Below are positions 28,880 to 41,234 of a stretch of DNA of 64,000 bases, piece after piece. Position 1 is the stretch's first letter. The number at the start of each line of letters is the position of its first letter. The DNA is from an uncultured Gammaproteobacteria bacterium (GTDB lineage: Bacteria; Cyanobacteriota; Vampirovibrionia; LMEP-6097). The notes under the pieces are model-generated. The model saw only the letters and a list, made by a program, of their open reading frames with translations. It searched no databases and was not told the origin of the DNA. The stretch lies in contig CAYTKM010000002.1 of assembly GCA_964438425.1 (NCBI GenBank), positions 92,495 through 156,494 on the forward strand. The letters run 5' to 3'. The position numbers and the translations under genes are program-made.

Positions 28880-30718
28880 TTGAGGAATCAAGTGCAGGTA
28901 AATTTAAAATATATTAAATACTTAAGTATCTTAGCTTTAATGCTATTAACCTTGGGATTTAAATCTCAGGCTTATACTGGTACGAATAATTTACCTGAAT
29001 CGGAGAAATTAGCTGAAGTTGAAAGGCTGATAAATCAGGGTCGTAGGTATCATACTACGAGAAATTATATTTTAGCGATTAAAGCATTTGAAACTGCTTA
29101 TAGAATTTATCCAGATAACGCTCAAGTTAAACAGGATTTAAGTGTTGCTTTAAACAATTATGGTCAATGGTTAACCCAAAGAACTGATCCTCATGGTGGT
29201 ATTACTCAGTTCCGAAAAGCACTTTATTTTGATGAAACTAATGAAGTTGCGCGCGCTAATTTAAATAAACAGATCGTAGCGGTTAAAAAGATTCAACCAT
29301 CTGATGTAGCTGCGCGTATCAGTGAAGGTTTGCAAGAGCGCCAGAGAAGTAACTTCTACGCGGCTATTGGTGAGCTAATCGAAACTTTAAAAGTTAAAGA
29401 AACTTCTCAAGCTGAAGTATTTATCGGAAAGATTTATCATGTCATGGGGCTAAGGTCGCTTGAAAATAAAAATCAATACTTAGCTAAGTCTATGTACTAT
29501 TTAGATCGAGCTGAAGCGATTGATCCAGCTAGTGCTTTACCATTAGTTGCTAAAGGTGATATTTATACTTCGCAAGGTAAAATCTCTAAGGGTTTAGAGT
29601 TTTATAAAAAAGCCATCGCGCTTGAACCTGATAGCCCTGATGCTCAAAAAGGTCTAGTTGAAGGTTGGATGGCAGCTGTTAGAGTCGCACCAAATATCGC
29701 TGATAACTATGTAGGTTTAGGTACCGCTTACCAACTAATGAATGATGTCGATAACGCTGAGACTAACTTTAGACGTGCTTTGCAAATTGATCCACGTAAT
29801 AGGTTAGCTACTGAAAGTTTAAAAGATATCGGAGCTAAGCGCTTGCAGATTAAAAAAGATCAGTATTTAACCACAGCCGTGAATCTACAAAATGAAGAGA
29901 GGTACGGCGAGGCTATTCGTAATTATATTTTAGCTATTCGTATGGATCCGCGTAACCCTGATATTCACTATAATATAGGTACTGCTTTTCAAGCCCAAAA
30001 AGACTGGATGCAGGCAGAAAAGGCTTATCGCCGTGCATTAGAACTTAAACCAGACCATGGTGAGGCTAAGATAGCTTTAGATATCTTAAATCATGATAAA
30101 GGTGAAACGCGCGTCAAAGAAGCGTTTGAGCGTGCGATTGCCCTGCATGAACAAGGTCAGATGGAGCAAGCCATCAAAATCTACGAAAAAGTTGCTAAAG
30201 ATAAACCTAATGATGATACTTTAATGTATAACTTAGGAACAGCTTACCAGGCAATGGGTAAATTTGATGAGGCTGAAAAATATTATAAAAAAGCACGTGC
30301 GATTAAAGATGATCCACAATACGCTCAGGCTACAGAAAGCCTAGCATCTAAGAAAGTGGAAAAAGCTTTAGCAGATGCGATTAAGGCTCAGTCTAGTGGA
30401 GATAATGCTAAAGCGATTGAAAAGTATAAAGAAGTTATCGGCTATAACCCGGATAATGCTAATGCCTGGTATAACTTAGGCATCGCTTACCAGTCTTTAG
30501 AAGATGCTGATCAAGCTTTAAATGCTTACACGCATGCTTTTGATATTGATGCGCGCGGTCAGGCTGATGCAATTTTCTTTGCGGCACTGATCTATGAAGA
30601 TAAAAAAGAAAATACTCGAGCTTTAAATCTCTATAAACAGTACCTTGATGTAGCTCCTACCGGAGATTACTTTATGGATGCAAGAGACCGTTTAGAGTAT
30701 TTGCAGTCTAGTAATTAG
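28880..30718 (+). CDS. exported tetratricopeptide repeat protein
   Basis: N-terminal signal-like segment and many TPR units (YNLG.AYQ...A...Y.KA). Confidence 0.9.
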   Translation: MRNQVQVNLKYIKYLSILALMLLTLGFKSQAYTGTNNLPESEKLAEVERLINQGRRYHTTRNYILAIKAFETAYRIYPDNAQVKQDLSVALNNYGQWLTQRTDPHGGITQFRKALYFDETNEVARANLNKQIVAVKKIQPSDVAARISEGLQERQRSNFYAAIGELIETLKVKETSQAEVFIGKIYHVMGLRSLENKNQYLAKSMYYLDRAEAIDPASALPLVAKGDIYTSQGKISKGLEFYKKAIALEPDSPDAQKGLVEGWMAAVRVAPNIADNYVGLGTAYQLMNDVDNAETNFRRALQIDPRNRLATESLKDIGAKRLQIKKDQYLTTAVNLQNEERYGEAIRNYILAIRMDPRNPDIHYNIGTAFQAQKDWMQAEKAYRRALELKPDHGEAKIALDILNHDKGETRVKEAFERAIALHEQGQMEQAIKIYEKVAKDKPNDDTLMYNLGTAYQAMGKFDEAEKYYKKARAIKDDPQYAQATESLASKKVEKALADAIKAQSSGDNAKAIEKYKEVIGYNPDNANAWYNLGIAYQSLEDADQALNAYTHAFDIDARGQADAIFFAALIYEDKKENTRALNLYKQYLDVAPTGDYFMDARDRLEYLQSSN

Positions 30719-30834
30719 TCACTTTAGATGAAATAATACTTTAAAAGTGCCTTAGTAGCAGTATTCTTTAATTATTTTAGTAAATTTTACTGTGAATTAT
30801 GTAAGTTAGAAATTAAGCTGGGTATAAAAGAAGT

Positions 30835-31101
30835 ATGTTTCTTTGTGAGCCTATAATTGAAAGCTTTATCGCCGGTATCAGTCACGAAGACTCTTTGAAT
30901 ATAAATGTAATTGTAGATGACGAAGAAGCGTTTGAGTTCATTTCCAAGTTATATGAAAGAGATTTTGGTACTATTCCAAGTGGGGTGGGTGAATATTTAA
31001 TCCGCACGAAATTCCAGATCGGTTCTGAAGAGCATAACAGACGTTTCGTGCCAGATTCTTTAAAGTTTAATTTTCAGAATCCTGATAAAAACTTTTCTTA
31101 A
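30835..31101 (+). CDS. hypothetical protein
   Basis: 88-aa ORF with protein-like composition in an intergenic gap. Confidence 0.6.
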   Translation: MFLCEPIIESFIAGISHEDSLNINVIVDDEEAFEFISKLYERDFGTIPSGVGEYLIRTKFQIGSEEHNRRFVPDSLKFNFQNPDKNFS

Positions 31102-31168
31102 GTTTAGTTCTAAAATTTCTGCTTTTTAAGTTTTGTATTAACTGCTATTCAGTTTGAAGATATCTTTG

Positions 31169-34100
31169 CTAAGATCCGAACCCCTTAGCTGGTTTTTTCT
31201 TTTTCATATTAGATCTATTTAAAATACTATCGAAACTTTTAGAGGTTTTCTGCTTAGTTTTACCTGTACCTGAGACTTTACCATTTGTTTCCAGGTCTAC
31301 TAGATCATTAATCAAGCTTAAATTTTCCATAGCTACTCTAGAAAGAATTGTATTTGCCGTATCTCTGTAATCCATTTCTACTGAATTTAATTTAGGTGAA
31401 TCAAAAACAAAGCTAGTTGATTTATCTATATTGGTAAGACTGCGGTAATTTTTTAAGCTAGCTCGATATTTAGGCTCAACTAGGGCCCTATTTTTAATAG
31501 TTTTGATAAGATCATTAATTTCATAATGACTTATAGCATCAAAAAGCTCCATAAATTCAGCTACTGGATTGTCTGTCTCTTTAGAAGTTTGAGCTATTAC
31601 TTCCTTGTATTTGGCATGAAGCTTGGTTATATCTTCAACATTTGGAGCTGACGAACCATTAGCTAAAAGTAGCTTTTGAACAGTTAGTTTATACCAGCTG
31701 TCTAAAAAATTATTTTCAGAATATTTAGCTTGGGAATCAAAATCTGCGTATTTTTCTATGATTTGTTTAGGTTTCCACGCGCTAGAGGAAATGGAATTTT
31801 GCTGGATATCTGCAATCTCTTTTAGGACTTCAATATCACTACTGTAATTGCTGTCTGAAGATGATTCAAGACCTTTTGCTAGGCTTAAAACCATATTATG
31901 GTTATCAAGGTTTGCAGTTGTTACTTTACTAGTACCATGATCTATTTGAAATAAAAACTTTTGAAATATCAGTGAAATGGATTTTAATTCTAAAGCTTTA
32001 CTATCAAACTTATATTCTTTCAAATTATTATTAGTATCTAAATATTTAAACACTGTACCCGCTTCAAGCATCTTTTGGTACTCTGGTGCTCCCGCGGAAT
32101 GTTCTTTTAACTTAGACTGATTCATAAGCTTTAATGGTCTTATGCGAGTAAGTTTACGCTCAAATTCTTCTGTTAGTAAATTTTTTTTCCTAAGATTTTC
32201 TGTTTGCTGATCTATTAAGTCTAAAGTTAACTTAGTAAGTTTATTATATTTTAGATTATTGTAGAAAGAAGCTAAAGATATTAATGCCGAAACTTTTTTA
32301 ATCGGATCAGCCTGAGAGTGATAGTTTTCTTCAAGTAAATACTGATGGAAGTCATTGCTGCTATATTGATCTAAACTATCATCTGCGATGCTATCAGTTT
32401 TATATATATTAGAGATTAGTGAAGGTACAGTTAGTTTAATCAGATTTTCACGTAATGTCTGCATGCTACCATCATCATTTATAGGGCTTTCTTTTAGTGT
32501 TAGGTATTCTTTGATAGTCATTTTTAGAGCTGCCTGATAGTCATATTCTTCAGCAAGCAGATTTCCTAAACTCATTATTTCTTCTTTTGGATTAAAGTTT
32601 TGACGAGTGTAAATGGCTAGCTCAGATTCGACTTCTAAGTTAGTTTCTGGGATCTTTTTACTAACCATATTTTTATTACTACTCGCTGAAGCAGGGTTTA
32701 GGTTTGAAGCTTTAGAAAGATTGTTTGCGCTATCAGCTACAGTTATATCCTGAGTCAAAGGTCTATAGACTTTTTCTATTAGGTTGGCATCATCTTTAAA
32801 AGTGTCTTTTAGTCCTTCTAAAGCATAAACTAATTGACTTTGATATTCATCAATAGCCGTATCAGGTTGCTTGAAGACACTTTTAATAACATGGGCTAGT
32901 TCCAGATTAAACAAGTTATTAAATTTATCTCGTTTAGGTTCTACTATAGACTTTCGTAGATCATGCTGAATTTTAAAGAAGCGTGCTTCTTTCTCACTAA
33001 AAGATAAATCATTATTTTCAGCAACTTCATTAATTGTTAGGATTGCCTGTAAAATTCTCAAACCATCATAATTTTCCTGATTATTTTTAGCCGTAGAGCT
33101 TTGGAAACCAAGAACCTTTTTAACTGATGATGCCTGGTCTTGGTGAGCCTGCAAAAGACCATCGATAGTTTGTTTAATTTTACTTAGCTGTATATTTAAT
33201 AGTTCAGCTTCCTGTGGATTAGTGCCTTCGGCTTGCTTGGCTCTAAACTTTACTAGAGTACTAACAGTTTCTTTAAAAAGTTTGTAATGATTGATACTAA
33301 GATTTTTTAGCTTGATATTTTCACTACTTCTATCTAAAAACATATAAGGTGAACTATTTGCTAATTTTGAATTAGGCTGAGTGGAATCTTTTCGCCCTAA
33401 TTCTTCGCTTAATTTCTGAGCTCTTGCTATTAAAATGTTAGTTTCTTTAAATAACTTTTGGTTATTTGTTTTAAGTAAATCCACTAATTTATTGATATTT
33501 TCTTGATTAGACCCATGCTCCCTACTTTGCACATGTTCGATAAATTTTTCTGTAAGATTAAAACAGTCTTGTTTTATGATAATAAGTCTATCGTATCTAC
33601 TAAGGTTTTCTTCCTTGGAGCTGCTAGCTGGCATGGCTAGATGCTCGCTCATGATAAGCTTTTCAAGTTTAATAATAGCTTTAATTTTGTCGATTTTAAA
33701 GCCAGATCTAGCAAGAGTGTTTTCTAGTAAATACTGATAATATTTGCTGCTAGAATCATTAAAAAGCTCTTGAGAGCTAATATTTCTCTGATTACCGTCA
33801 TTTAAGTCTGATAATAAAAGTTCTATCTGTCTAGAACAATACTTACTAAATAGATCTAAGCGAGTAGACTGTATATTTTCCTTTATGTTTTTAAAAATAT
33901 CAACTTCATTATTTGATGTAGGTAAGCCATAAGCATCGTTAAAAGCCTGGTTAATACTCGTAATATCAGTTTTATAAGCTGCCTGAGTTTTACTTATATT
34001 TAAGTCATCGCTAATAGTTATTTTGCGTTCAGGGTCAACCGCTTCATTTTCATTTAAAACTTCACCAGTAGTTAAAATATTTTCTGAATTATCAGACTCT

Positions 34101-36979
34101 TGTGTAGCCTTTAGCTTATTTATAGTCTCAAGTTGACTTGAGTTTTCTAGCGTGGCACTATCAACCTCGGAAAAGTATTCTTTTTCATCGCCTGTATTAT
34201 TGAGTAAGTAAGGTTCGATATGGTCGCGATAAATAATACCATTGTCTGCTAATTCAAGTCGCATATTGTTATGAAATTCGACTTCTAAAGTGCTATTTAA
34301 GGTTTCATATAGTTCTGGCTCTAGATTTAAAGCTACTTCAGAGATTTTATTTATGCCAGCTTGAAACACTTTTAATCTGTCGCTACCAGTATGTGGACTC
34401 ATTTTATAACTTAGATCAAAAAAGGCATTAGTCATTAGCTTAATATAGCTAAGCGCACTTTGGGCTTGGTTAAAATTTTTAGTTTCTTTAGCTTGCTTAG
34501 CGTTAAGAGCAGCCTGCTTAATATTTTGGCTGACTTTTAAGAGTTTTGCTTGGTAGCTCTCGTTTTTAAGCTGACCTATCAAGCGACTAATCGATAATTT
34601 ATCTGTTAGAGGTAGCTTTACTAGATTTACACCATCTGCTTCAAGGTAAGTCAGTTTGTATTTTGGTCGCTGATCTTCAGGGTGAACCTCACTTAAAGCT
34701 GTATTTTGCTTTTCGATGCACTCTTGTACGTTAGCTAAAGCGCGCGCGCTATATTTAGATTCGAAAATAGTATCTTTAATCAGTTTTTTTGTTTTAGGAT
34801 CTGTTTTAAGTAAGGTAATATCTGCGCGCATAGCAGGTGGTTTATCTTCAGCAGGGTTGCCTGGAATGATGCACATCTGGGATTGAACGTTATGTGGGGT
34901 CTCAGGGTTTAAAGCTGAAGTTAAGGCTAGGGTTAGGGTTTCTGCTGCGTAGCCTTTAGCAAAGGTTACTTCACTGGCAACTTTATCTACTTCCTTAGCG
35001 CGCGCTTTGGTAGACTCTGGGCTTAAAGTAGATGCTTTAGATTTAAGTGGATTTTCTAATGGATTTGCTGATTTTGCTAAAGTGCTAGGTCTTAAAACGG
35101 TGCCCATCAAGTTAGCTACGTGTTTATTATTAAAAATTTTATCTGAGACACTTGATATTTTATTTTTAATCTTTGTTCGAGCTATTAAATCCAATGATTT
35201 AGGCAAGATGTTACTAGCTTTTTGTGACTTTTGGTAACTAATTGCTGGTCTGCTACTACCTACCCTTTGCTGCTCGCCATAAAATGTATCATCAGGAAAT
35301 GATAAGCCAGCTTTTTTGAAGGTCTCTTTTAAAGTATTAACTAAGCGCTGATAAGCTTTTGAGTTTAAAGATTTACCTTTAGGTAGGGTCTTTTTTAAAG
35401 TACTTTGAACTAAAAAGTATTCTTTTGTATGTTGGTGAAAATTAAGAATGTAGCTGATTGCCTTTAAGTTAGTTAAAGTATCTTTTTGTAGTCGATATTT
35501 ATCTATTAACTGCTTGGTGCCGTCCTGATCGCCAATATTTTTTAAACGAAGGTAATCATATTTAAACAAGCTTGCCATAAACTTGCCTTCAGTTCTATTA
35601 GTAAAATTTTCGGTTTTTAAACTGGCAGCTACTTGCAATTCACGTTCATAAAAAGCAGTTTTTAAGGCTTTTAAAGCACTCTGGTAAGCTGAGCCTGTAA
35701 GCTTGCTTTCATCATGACTGTATATTTCAAGCTCACCTGCTACCTTTTTAACTGTAACCGAGTCTAGAACTTGTTCTTGAGGATTATAGAATCTGAGATT
35801 AAAACTATTAGTACCCGAATTTTTAATACTTAAATCGAGGTAACGCTCGAAATCTAGTAATTTATTTTGGGGGTCGTCAGCTAGCTCCTCGATCATCCTT
35901 TGCAAGTCAAGATTATAAGAACTTAAATCTTGCTTAGAATATGAATTCTCAATTAAAACACTTCTACTGGCTTGAGACTTATTGATTTCAAGAGCACTTT
36001 TGTTTAGGTTTTCTGCTGTTTGTTTAGTTAGCGTGCCGATCAATTTTTTAATTTCGATCAGGTGTGCTTTTAGCCAATTGACTGATCTATCAGTCCCAAC
36101 AGCAGACAGGGCTTTATTAAATTCTGGTTCACTTTTAAAATTATAGTTAGTATTTAACTGAGTTTTAGGATGTTTTAGATAGTAAGCATAGATATTTTTT
36201 AAAGCTGGCACTAGATCTTGGAATTCTTTTTCTTGCGGGCTACTATCGGCAAGTTCTAGCTTTTGAAGAGCTTTAGTTAGCACCTGACGGTCTGTTTTAG
36301 TGTCACCATAAGTTTTACTAGCGAGATTAGTGCCAGACTTAAGTTTTTTAGCCGCTAAGATTTCACTTTCATCATTAAGCCTTAGTTCTTCTTTTATTGT
36401 AGGTACTAAAGGTGAAAAATAGCTGGGTAGTTTTTGTAAGCTGTTGCTGCCTGCTTGAATTTGATGATAGCTACCACTAGCTCTGTTTAATTTTAAAATA
36501 GTATTATCAATAAAATTTATAATGGATCTACTATCGTTGTTTTCTATGCTGTCAGTTAGTTTGACCAGAAAATTATCTTTTAACTTTAAATCTTTAGCTT
36601 GCGTGATGCCGCTGCGATAGTTATTTTCAAGACTTAAGTTCTCCATAGCAGCAAAAGACAGGATGAATTGTAAACGTGTATATTCATCATTATGTTCATT
36701 CCCGCGATTAGGGTAAACAGGCTTTTGAGCTAAAGTACTAGTAATATCTTTAATAGTTTTATCACTGCCAAGTGAGATTAGCTGACTTTTAAAGTCTTTT
36801 AGGATATTTATAATCTCGTCACTACCACTGAAACGATAAAAGCTAGCTATATTCTTTTGATTACTGTAATTAGTGCCAGTTTGCTGCTTTTTTTTCAGGG
36901 TTAAGTGCGGCTTTATCTGTTGATAGCCATGATAAGTGCTTTGAGCTGGATTATCCAAAGTAGTACTAGCTGTGCTCAT
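31169..36979 (-). CDS. giant hypothetical protein with possible central PD-(D/E)XK nuclease-like motif
   Basis: 1936-aa ORF containing KGYAAETL...MRADITL...IFESKY; C-terminal KKKKPAKGFGS. Confidence 0.75.
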   Translation of the reverse strand: MSTASTTLDNPAQSTYHGYQQIKPHLTLKKKQQTGTNYSNQKNIASFYRFSGSDEIINILKDFKSQLISLGSDKTIKDITSTLAQKPVYPNRGNEHNDEYTRLQFILSFAAMENLSLENNYRSGITQAKDLKLKDNFLVKLTDSIENNDSRSIINFIDNTILKLNRASGSYHQIQAGSNSLQKLPSYFSPLVPTIKEELRLNDESEILAAKKLKSGTNLASKTYGDTKTDRQVLTKALQKLELADSSPQEKEFQDLVPALKNIYAYYLKHPKTQLNTNYNFKSEPEFNKALSAVGTDRSVNWLKAHLIEIKKLIGTLTKQTAENLNKSALEINKSQASRSVLIENSYSKQDLSSYNLDLQRMIEELADDPQNKLLDFERYLDLSIKNSGTNSFNLRFYNPQEQVLDSVTVKKVAGELEIYSHDESKLTGSAYQSALKALKTAFYERELQVAASLKTENFTNRTEGKFMASLFKYDYLRLKNIGDQDGTKQLIDKYRLQKDTLTNLKAISYILNFHQHTKEYFLVQSTLKKTLPKGKSLNSKAYQRLVNTLKETFKKAGLSFPDDTFYGEQQRVGSSRPAISYQKSQKASNILPKSLDLIARTKIKNKISSVSDKIFNNKHVANLMGTVLRPSTLAKSANPLENPLKSKASTLSPESTKARAKEVDKVASEVTFAKGYAAETLTLALTSALNPETPHNVQSQMCIIPGNPAEDKPPAMRADITLLKTDPKTKKLIKDTIFESKYSARALANVQECIEKQNTALSEVHPEDQRPKYKLTYLEADGVNLVKLPLTDKLSISRLIGQLKNESYQAKLLKVSQNIKQAALNAKQAKETKNFNQAQSALSYIKLMTNAFFDLSYKMSPHTGSDRLKVFQAGINKISEVALNLEPELYETLNSTLEVEFHNNMRLELADNGIIYRDHIEPYLLNNTGDEKEYFSEVDSATLENSSQLETINKLKATQESDNSENILTTGEVLNENEAVDPERKITISDDLNISKTQAAYKTDITSINQAFNDAYGLPTSNNEVDIFKNIKENIQSTRLDLFSKYCSRQIELLLSDLNDGNQRNISSQELFNDSSSKYYQYLLENTLARSGFKIDKIKAIIKLEKLIMSEHLAMPASSSKEENLSRYDRLIIIKQDCFNLTEKFIEHVQSREHGSNQENINKLVDLLKTNNQKLFKETNILIARAQKLSEELGRKDSTQPNSKLANSSPYMFLDRSSENIKLKNLSINHYKLFKETVSTLVKFRAKQAEGTNPQEAELLNIQLSKIKQTIDGLLQAHQDQASSVKKVLGFQSSTAKNNQENYDGLRILQAILTINEVAENNDLSFSEKEARFFKIQHDLRKSIVEPKRDKFNNLFNLELAHVIKSVFKQPDTAIDEYQSQLVYALEGLKDTFKDDANLIEKVYRPLTQDITVADSANNLSKASNLNPASASSNKNMVSKKIPETNLEVESELAIYTRQNFNPKEEIMSLGNLLAEEYDYQAALKMTIKEYLTLKESPINDDGSMQTLRENLIKLTVPSLISNIYKTDSIADDSLDQYSSNDFHQYLLEENYHSQADPIKKVSALISLASFYNNLKYNKLTKLTLDLIDQQTENLRKKNLLTEEFERKLTRIRPLKLMNQSKLKEHSAGAPEYQKMLEAGTVFKYLDTNNNLKEYKFDSKALELKSISLIFQKFLFQIDHGTSKVTTANLDNHNMVLSLAKGLESSSDSNYSSDIEVLKEIADIQQNSISSSAWKPKQIIEKYADFDSQAKYSENNFLDSWYKLTVQKLLLANGSSAPNVEDITKLHAKYKEVIAQTSKETDNPVAEFMELFDAISHYEINDLIKTIKNRALVEPKYRASLKNYRSLTNIDKSTSFVFDSPKLNSVEMDYRDTANTILSRVAMENLSLINDLVDLETNGKVSGTGKTKQKTSKSFDSILNRSNMKKKKPAKGFGS

Positions 36980-37095
36980 AAGAAAAATTTAATCATATGA
37001 ATTGAACTTTAATTATAAAGAAATTGAACTAAAAGTAGTGAAGGTGTTCTTATCTTTAAAAAAAGTTTAGCATATAATTTATAATTACGTATTAA

Positions 37096-38169
<1,074 letters not shown>

Positions 38170-38205
38170 TTTTTAACTAAGTCAGTTTTAAATTTAACTA
38201 TTTAT

Positions 38206-38236
38206 AAAAGCGAGCCTTACCCGGCTCGCTTTTTTT
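38206..38236 (+). terminator. rho-independent terminator after ilvC
   Basis: AAAAGCGAGCC-loop-GGCTCGCTTTTTTT. Confidence 0.88.
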
Positions 38237-38660
38237 GTAAAAATAATAGTCTATCTAAGGGGAGCTATTTACTGAAGCTGAAAATTAAGCTACTACTTTA
38301 AGATAATAATCTGCCAAGTTTTGTACTTTTTGGGAGTTGAAATAAGATATCACAGCATTGTATTAACTTTAAACGTTATTATATCGATTAGATATGGCTG
38401 TTTAGTTGTTTGTGGTTTTACGTAAGGTTTGCTATTAATGGGGCTACTATATTAAAAGGACTGACCGAGTATACTTTAAAATGTGTATATTAAGCTAAAA
38501 GCATAAAAAATATTCTATAAAAGTGATTTAATATCAATTTGAAAGCTGCCTGGTTAGTATTATTTATAAAAAATAAAGAGATCTTATATTCTAAATATTA
38601 TATGAAGAAATAATCTGTATCACACGATATATTCAAAATAATTGTATAATTTGCATTGTC

Positions 38661-39479
38661 GTGAAATCAATAAATACAAATTCAGGTAGTAATAGGTATA
38701 TTCCTATTAAGATTCCAGTAAATTACTCAGGTGAGTTAAAAAGACCTAAAAAATCTTCTTTAGACCATAATTCATTTAATAACAATAACCCTATAACTAA
38801 GGGTAGAGCAAGCAGACTAAAAGAAAAAGAGGAGGCATTAGCCCAGTCAGCAATAGAATACCGCTACTCAGACGAAGAATTAGCTTTTAGCCCTTTTTTA
38901 AACAGCACTGATACTTCTCAGCAGTATCATCGTAATTTATTCACTGTTAAACAGTCTATAAATAAAGATCAAAGTAGACAATTACTTCAGGATATACAAC
39001 AGAAAAAAACTAAGCTTATAAGCCTTCTTGATAAAAATAATTTAGAAAATACAAAAGATTCTAAAGGTATTGCTTATATAGACAAAATAGCTGATGAAGA
39101 TTTAGCTAGCATTGATGAAATTAATCAAAACTACAAAGCTAAATTTAATTCAGTAAAGCGTTACCAAGAGAAAAAGAACCAAGAATTTACTTTGTTTTCA
39201 TTAAAAGAGAATATTTTAAGAGCTAAAGATTACCGTGAGCTAATAGTTAGCTTTAAAAATCTTAAAGCTATGGCTTACGTTAACCTTAAACTAAAAATAG
39301 ATGAAACTAAGTTTGAACAATTTATGGTAGAAAATTTAAATGAATTGTTTAAGTTAGATATTTCTGATGCTCTTGATTTTAAAAATACCGAAGGCATTAA
39401 TTCTAGAATTTTAGTTGATGATTGGGCGAAAAATAAGTATAAAATGTCATTAAGACTAAAAACAGAAAATCTATTTTAA
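38661..39479 (+). CDS. hypothetical protein
   Basis: 272-aa Lys/Asn-rich ORF with GTG start. Confidence 0.65.
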   Translation: MKSINTNSGSNRYIPIKIPVNYSGELKRPKKSSLDHNSFNNNNPITKGRASRLKEKEEALAQSAIEYRYSDEELAFSPFLNSTDTSQQYHRNLFTVKQSINKDQSRQLLQDIQQKKTKLISLLDKNNLENTKDSKGIAYIDKIADEDLASIDEINQNYKAKFNSVKRYQEKKNQEFTLFSLKENILRAKDYRELIVSFKNLKAMAYVNLKLKIDETKFEQFMVENLNELFKLDISDALDFKNTEGINSRILVDDWAKNKYKMSLRLKTENLF

Positions 39480-39533
39480 GCATTTGAATATAAGCTTACA
39501 TACGAAGTTAATTTCATATTGTCTTGATGAAAC

Positions 39534-40511
39534 CTAATGTTCATCTTCACGGTAAGCATTTTCGATAGCAACTGCTAGCTTGCCGTTAACCTGACCTGAG
39601 CTACCTAAAAATTTTAGCTGGTTAGCTATCCAAATTTCAGCTCTGTCTTGGTATTTAGTATTCATCTTAATTACATCACCAACTTTGATATCTAAAGTAT
39701 CATTTAAATTCAACTCACCGCGAGCTAGAATGATTTTAATTGGTAACATGGTATTAGAAAGTTTTTGTACGATAACATCTTTAGAGTCACTGCTATCTAA
39801 TAAATGAGGGCTAAATGTTGATTGACGATTAAGTAAATTGATTACGTTTTCTAAAGCTGAGTGTGGGATACACAAGGTTACCAGCCCTAAATATGAACCG
39901 ATCTCAACATTAATCGTAACTAGCGCTACTATATCTGTAACTGGAGCGATTTGAATATTATTAGCTGCTGTTTCAAGTGTGTGCAATTCGACGGCACCGA
40001 TATTTTTAATAATCGTTTGCCAGCCTTCAGGCAGATAATACAAAATTCTCTTTAAAATATCTTTTGTTATACTATGCTCTACTTCACTGAGCTCATCTCT
40101 GAGACTGGATACACCCATACCACCTAGCATACGGTCTAACATGGCACCGATTAAATGTTTTTCTATACTAAAGCTGATCTGAGTTAGAAAAGGTTGCATA
40201 TTTAAAACTGCGGTATAGAGATCTTCTGACATGGTATTAACAAAATCACCGTAAGTTAGCTGTTGAACATTGGCTACATTAAATTCAGTATGTATACGTA
40301 GCAGACTATTAAGCGATAGTGAGACTTCCTTGCAAAATATTTCGTGGATATTACCAATAACCTTTAACTGCTCTTTATTAAATTTATCAGGGTTACGAAA
40401 ATTGTAATCTTTAACCTTGAATTGACTTTTAGTGCCAGCTTCAGGTAGCCCGTCAACTAAACGTTTTCGAGGTGCGGTGATTATTTTTTTGCTGTCGTTA
40501 TTATATTTCAA
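39534..40511 (-). CDS. fliM: flagellar motor switch protein FliM
   Basis: YNFRNPDKFNKEQL, LDRMLGG.G, LCIPHSALE, C-terminal SpoA domain (GDVIKM); downstream of fliL. Confidence 0.92.
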   Translation of the reverse strand: MKYNNDSKKIITAPRKRLVDGLPEAGTKSQFKVKDYNFRNPDKFNKEQLKVIGNIHEIFCKEVSLSLNSLLRIHTEFNVANVQQLTYGDFVNTMSEDLYTAVLNMQPFLTQISFSIEKHLIGAMLDRMLGGMGVSSLRDELSEVEHSITKDILKRILYYLPEGWQTIIKNIGAVELHTLETAANNIQIAPVTDIVALVTINVEIGSYLGLVTLCIPHSALENVINLLNRQSTFSPHLLDSSDSKDVIVQKLSNTMLPIKIILARGELNLNDTLDIKVGDVIKMNTKYQDRAEIWIANQLKFLGSSGQVNGKLAVAIENAYREDEH

Positions 40512-40694
40512 GGTTGTTTGTTTTTACTATTTATTAGGTTCGCTATCTTTGTTACATCCTAAAGTTATTCATTTTTATGTTTGATGCTTTTTGATTGTTT
40601 GACTTGTTTGCTTAGTTTGTATTTAAATATTGACTAACTTGTCTATTAAGCTCAGCTTCAAAGTTCAACTTTAGTTTCGTTAGTATTAGACTTG

Positions 40695-41234
40695 TTACTG
40701 AATTATAAAATCTGTAAAATATAGATCATAGATATGAAACTCTCCGTGCATTACATGATTTAAATTCTCTTTTAACTCCATTTTTAAAGCTAGTTTATTT
40801 TCGTATCCAACTACTTCTTCAGCTTTCTTGCGAGATAAAGTTGAGATGATTACATCTTTTACTGCTGGCATAACTGAGTGCAGGTCATGTTCGATCCTTA
40901 GCTCATATTCATGTTTAGCTTCTTCTTCAAGTTCAGCGTACTCTTCAAAATCTTCAGAATATAGTTTAGAAGTAATAGATACTTTTAAAAATCTAGAGCC
41001 AGTCATGTCAGCTAAATTAACTACAAAATCACCTAGCGGGTAGATGGGTAAATGATCATGCTCATTAGGTTCGCGCTGCTCTTCTACTGTTTGGTTTACA
41101 GTAATCATTTTAGGTACTAGTTTAAATGCCAGCATCACACCACCAAAGGCTGAAACAAAAACAAAAACTATAATTAGAACCATATTAGGTCCATTTGAGG
41201 TGACAACCGTAGCCGATCCAGTATCTTCTGCCAT
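40695..41234 (-). CDS. fliL: flagellar basal body-associated protein FliL
   Basis: Single N-terminal TM, FVVNLAD...RFLKV, VKDVII..LS.K, LYFTDFIIQ C-terminus. Start could be 41234 or 41252. Confidence 0.92.
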   Translation of the reverse strand: MAEDTGSATVVTSNGPNMVLIIVFVFVSAFGGVMLAFKLVPKMITVNQTVEEQREPNEHDHLPIYPLGDFVVNLADMTGSRFLKVSITSKLYSEDFEEYAELEEEAKHEYELRIEHDLHSVMPAVKDVIISTLSRKKAEEVVGYENKLALKMELKENLNHVMHGEFHIYDLYFTDFIIQ

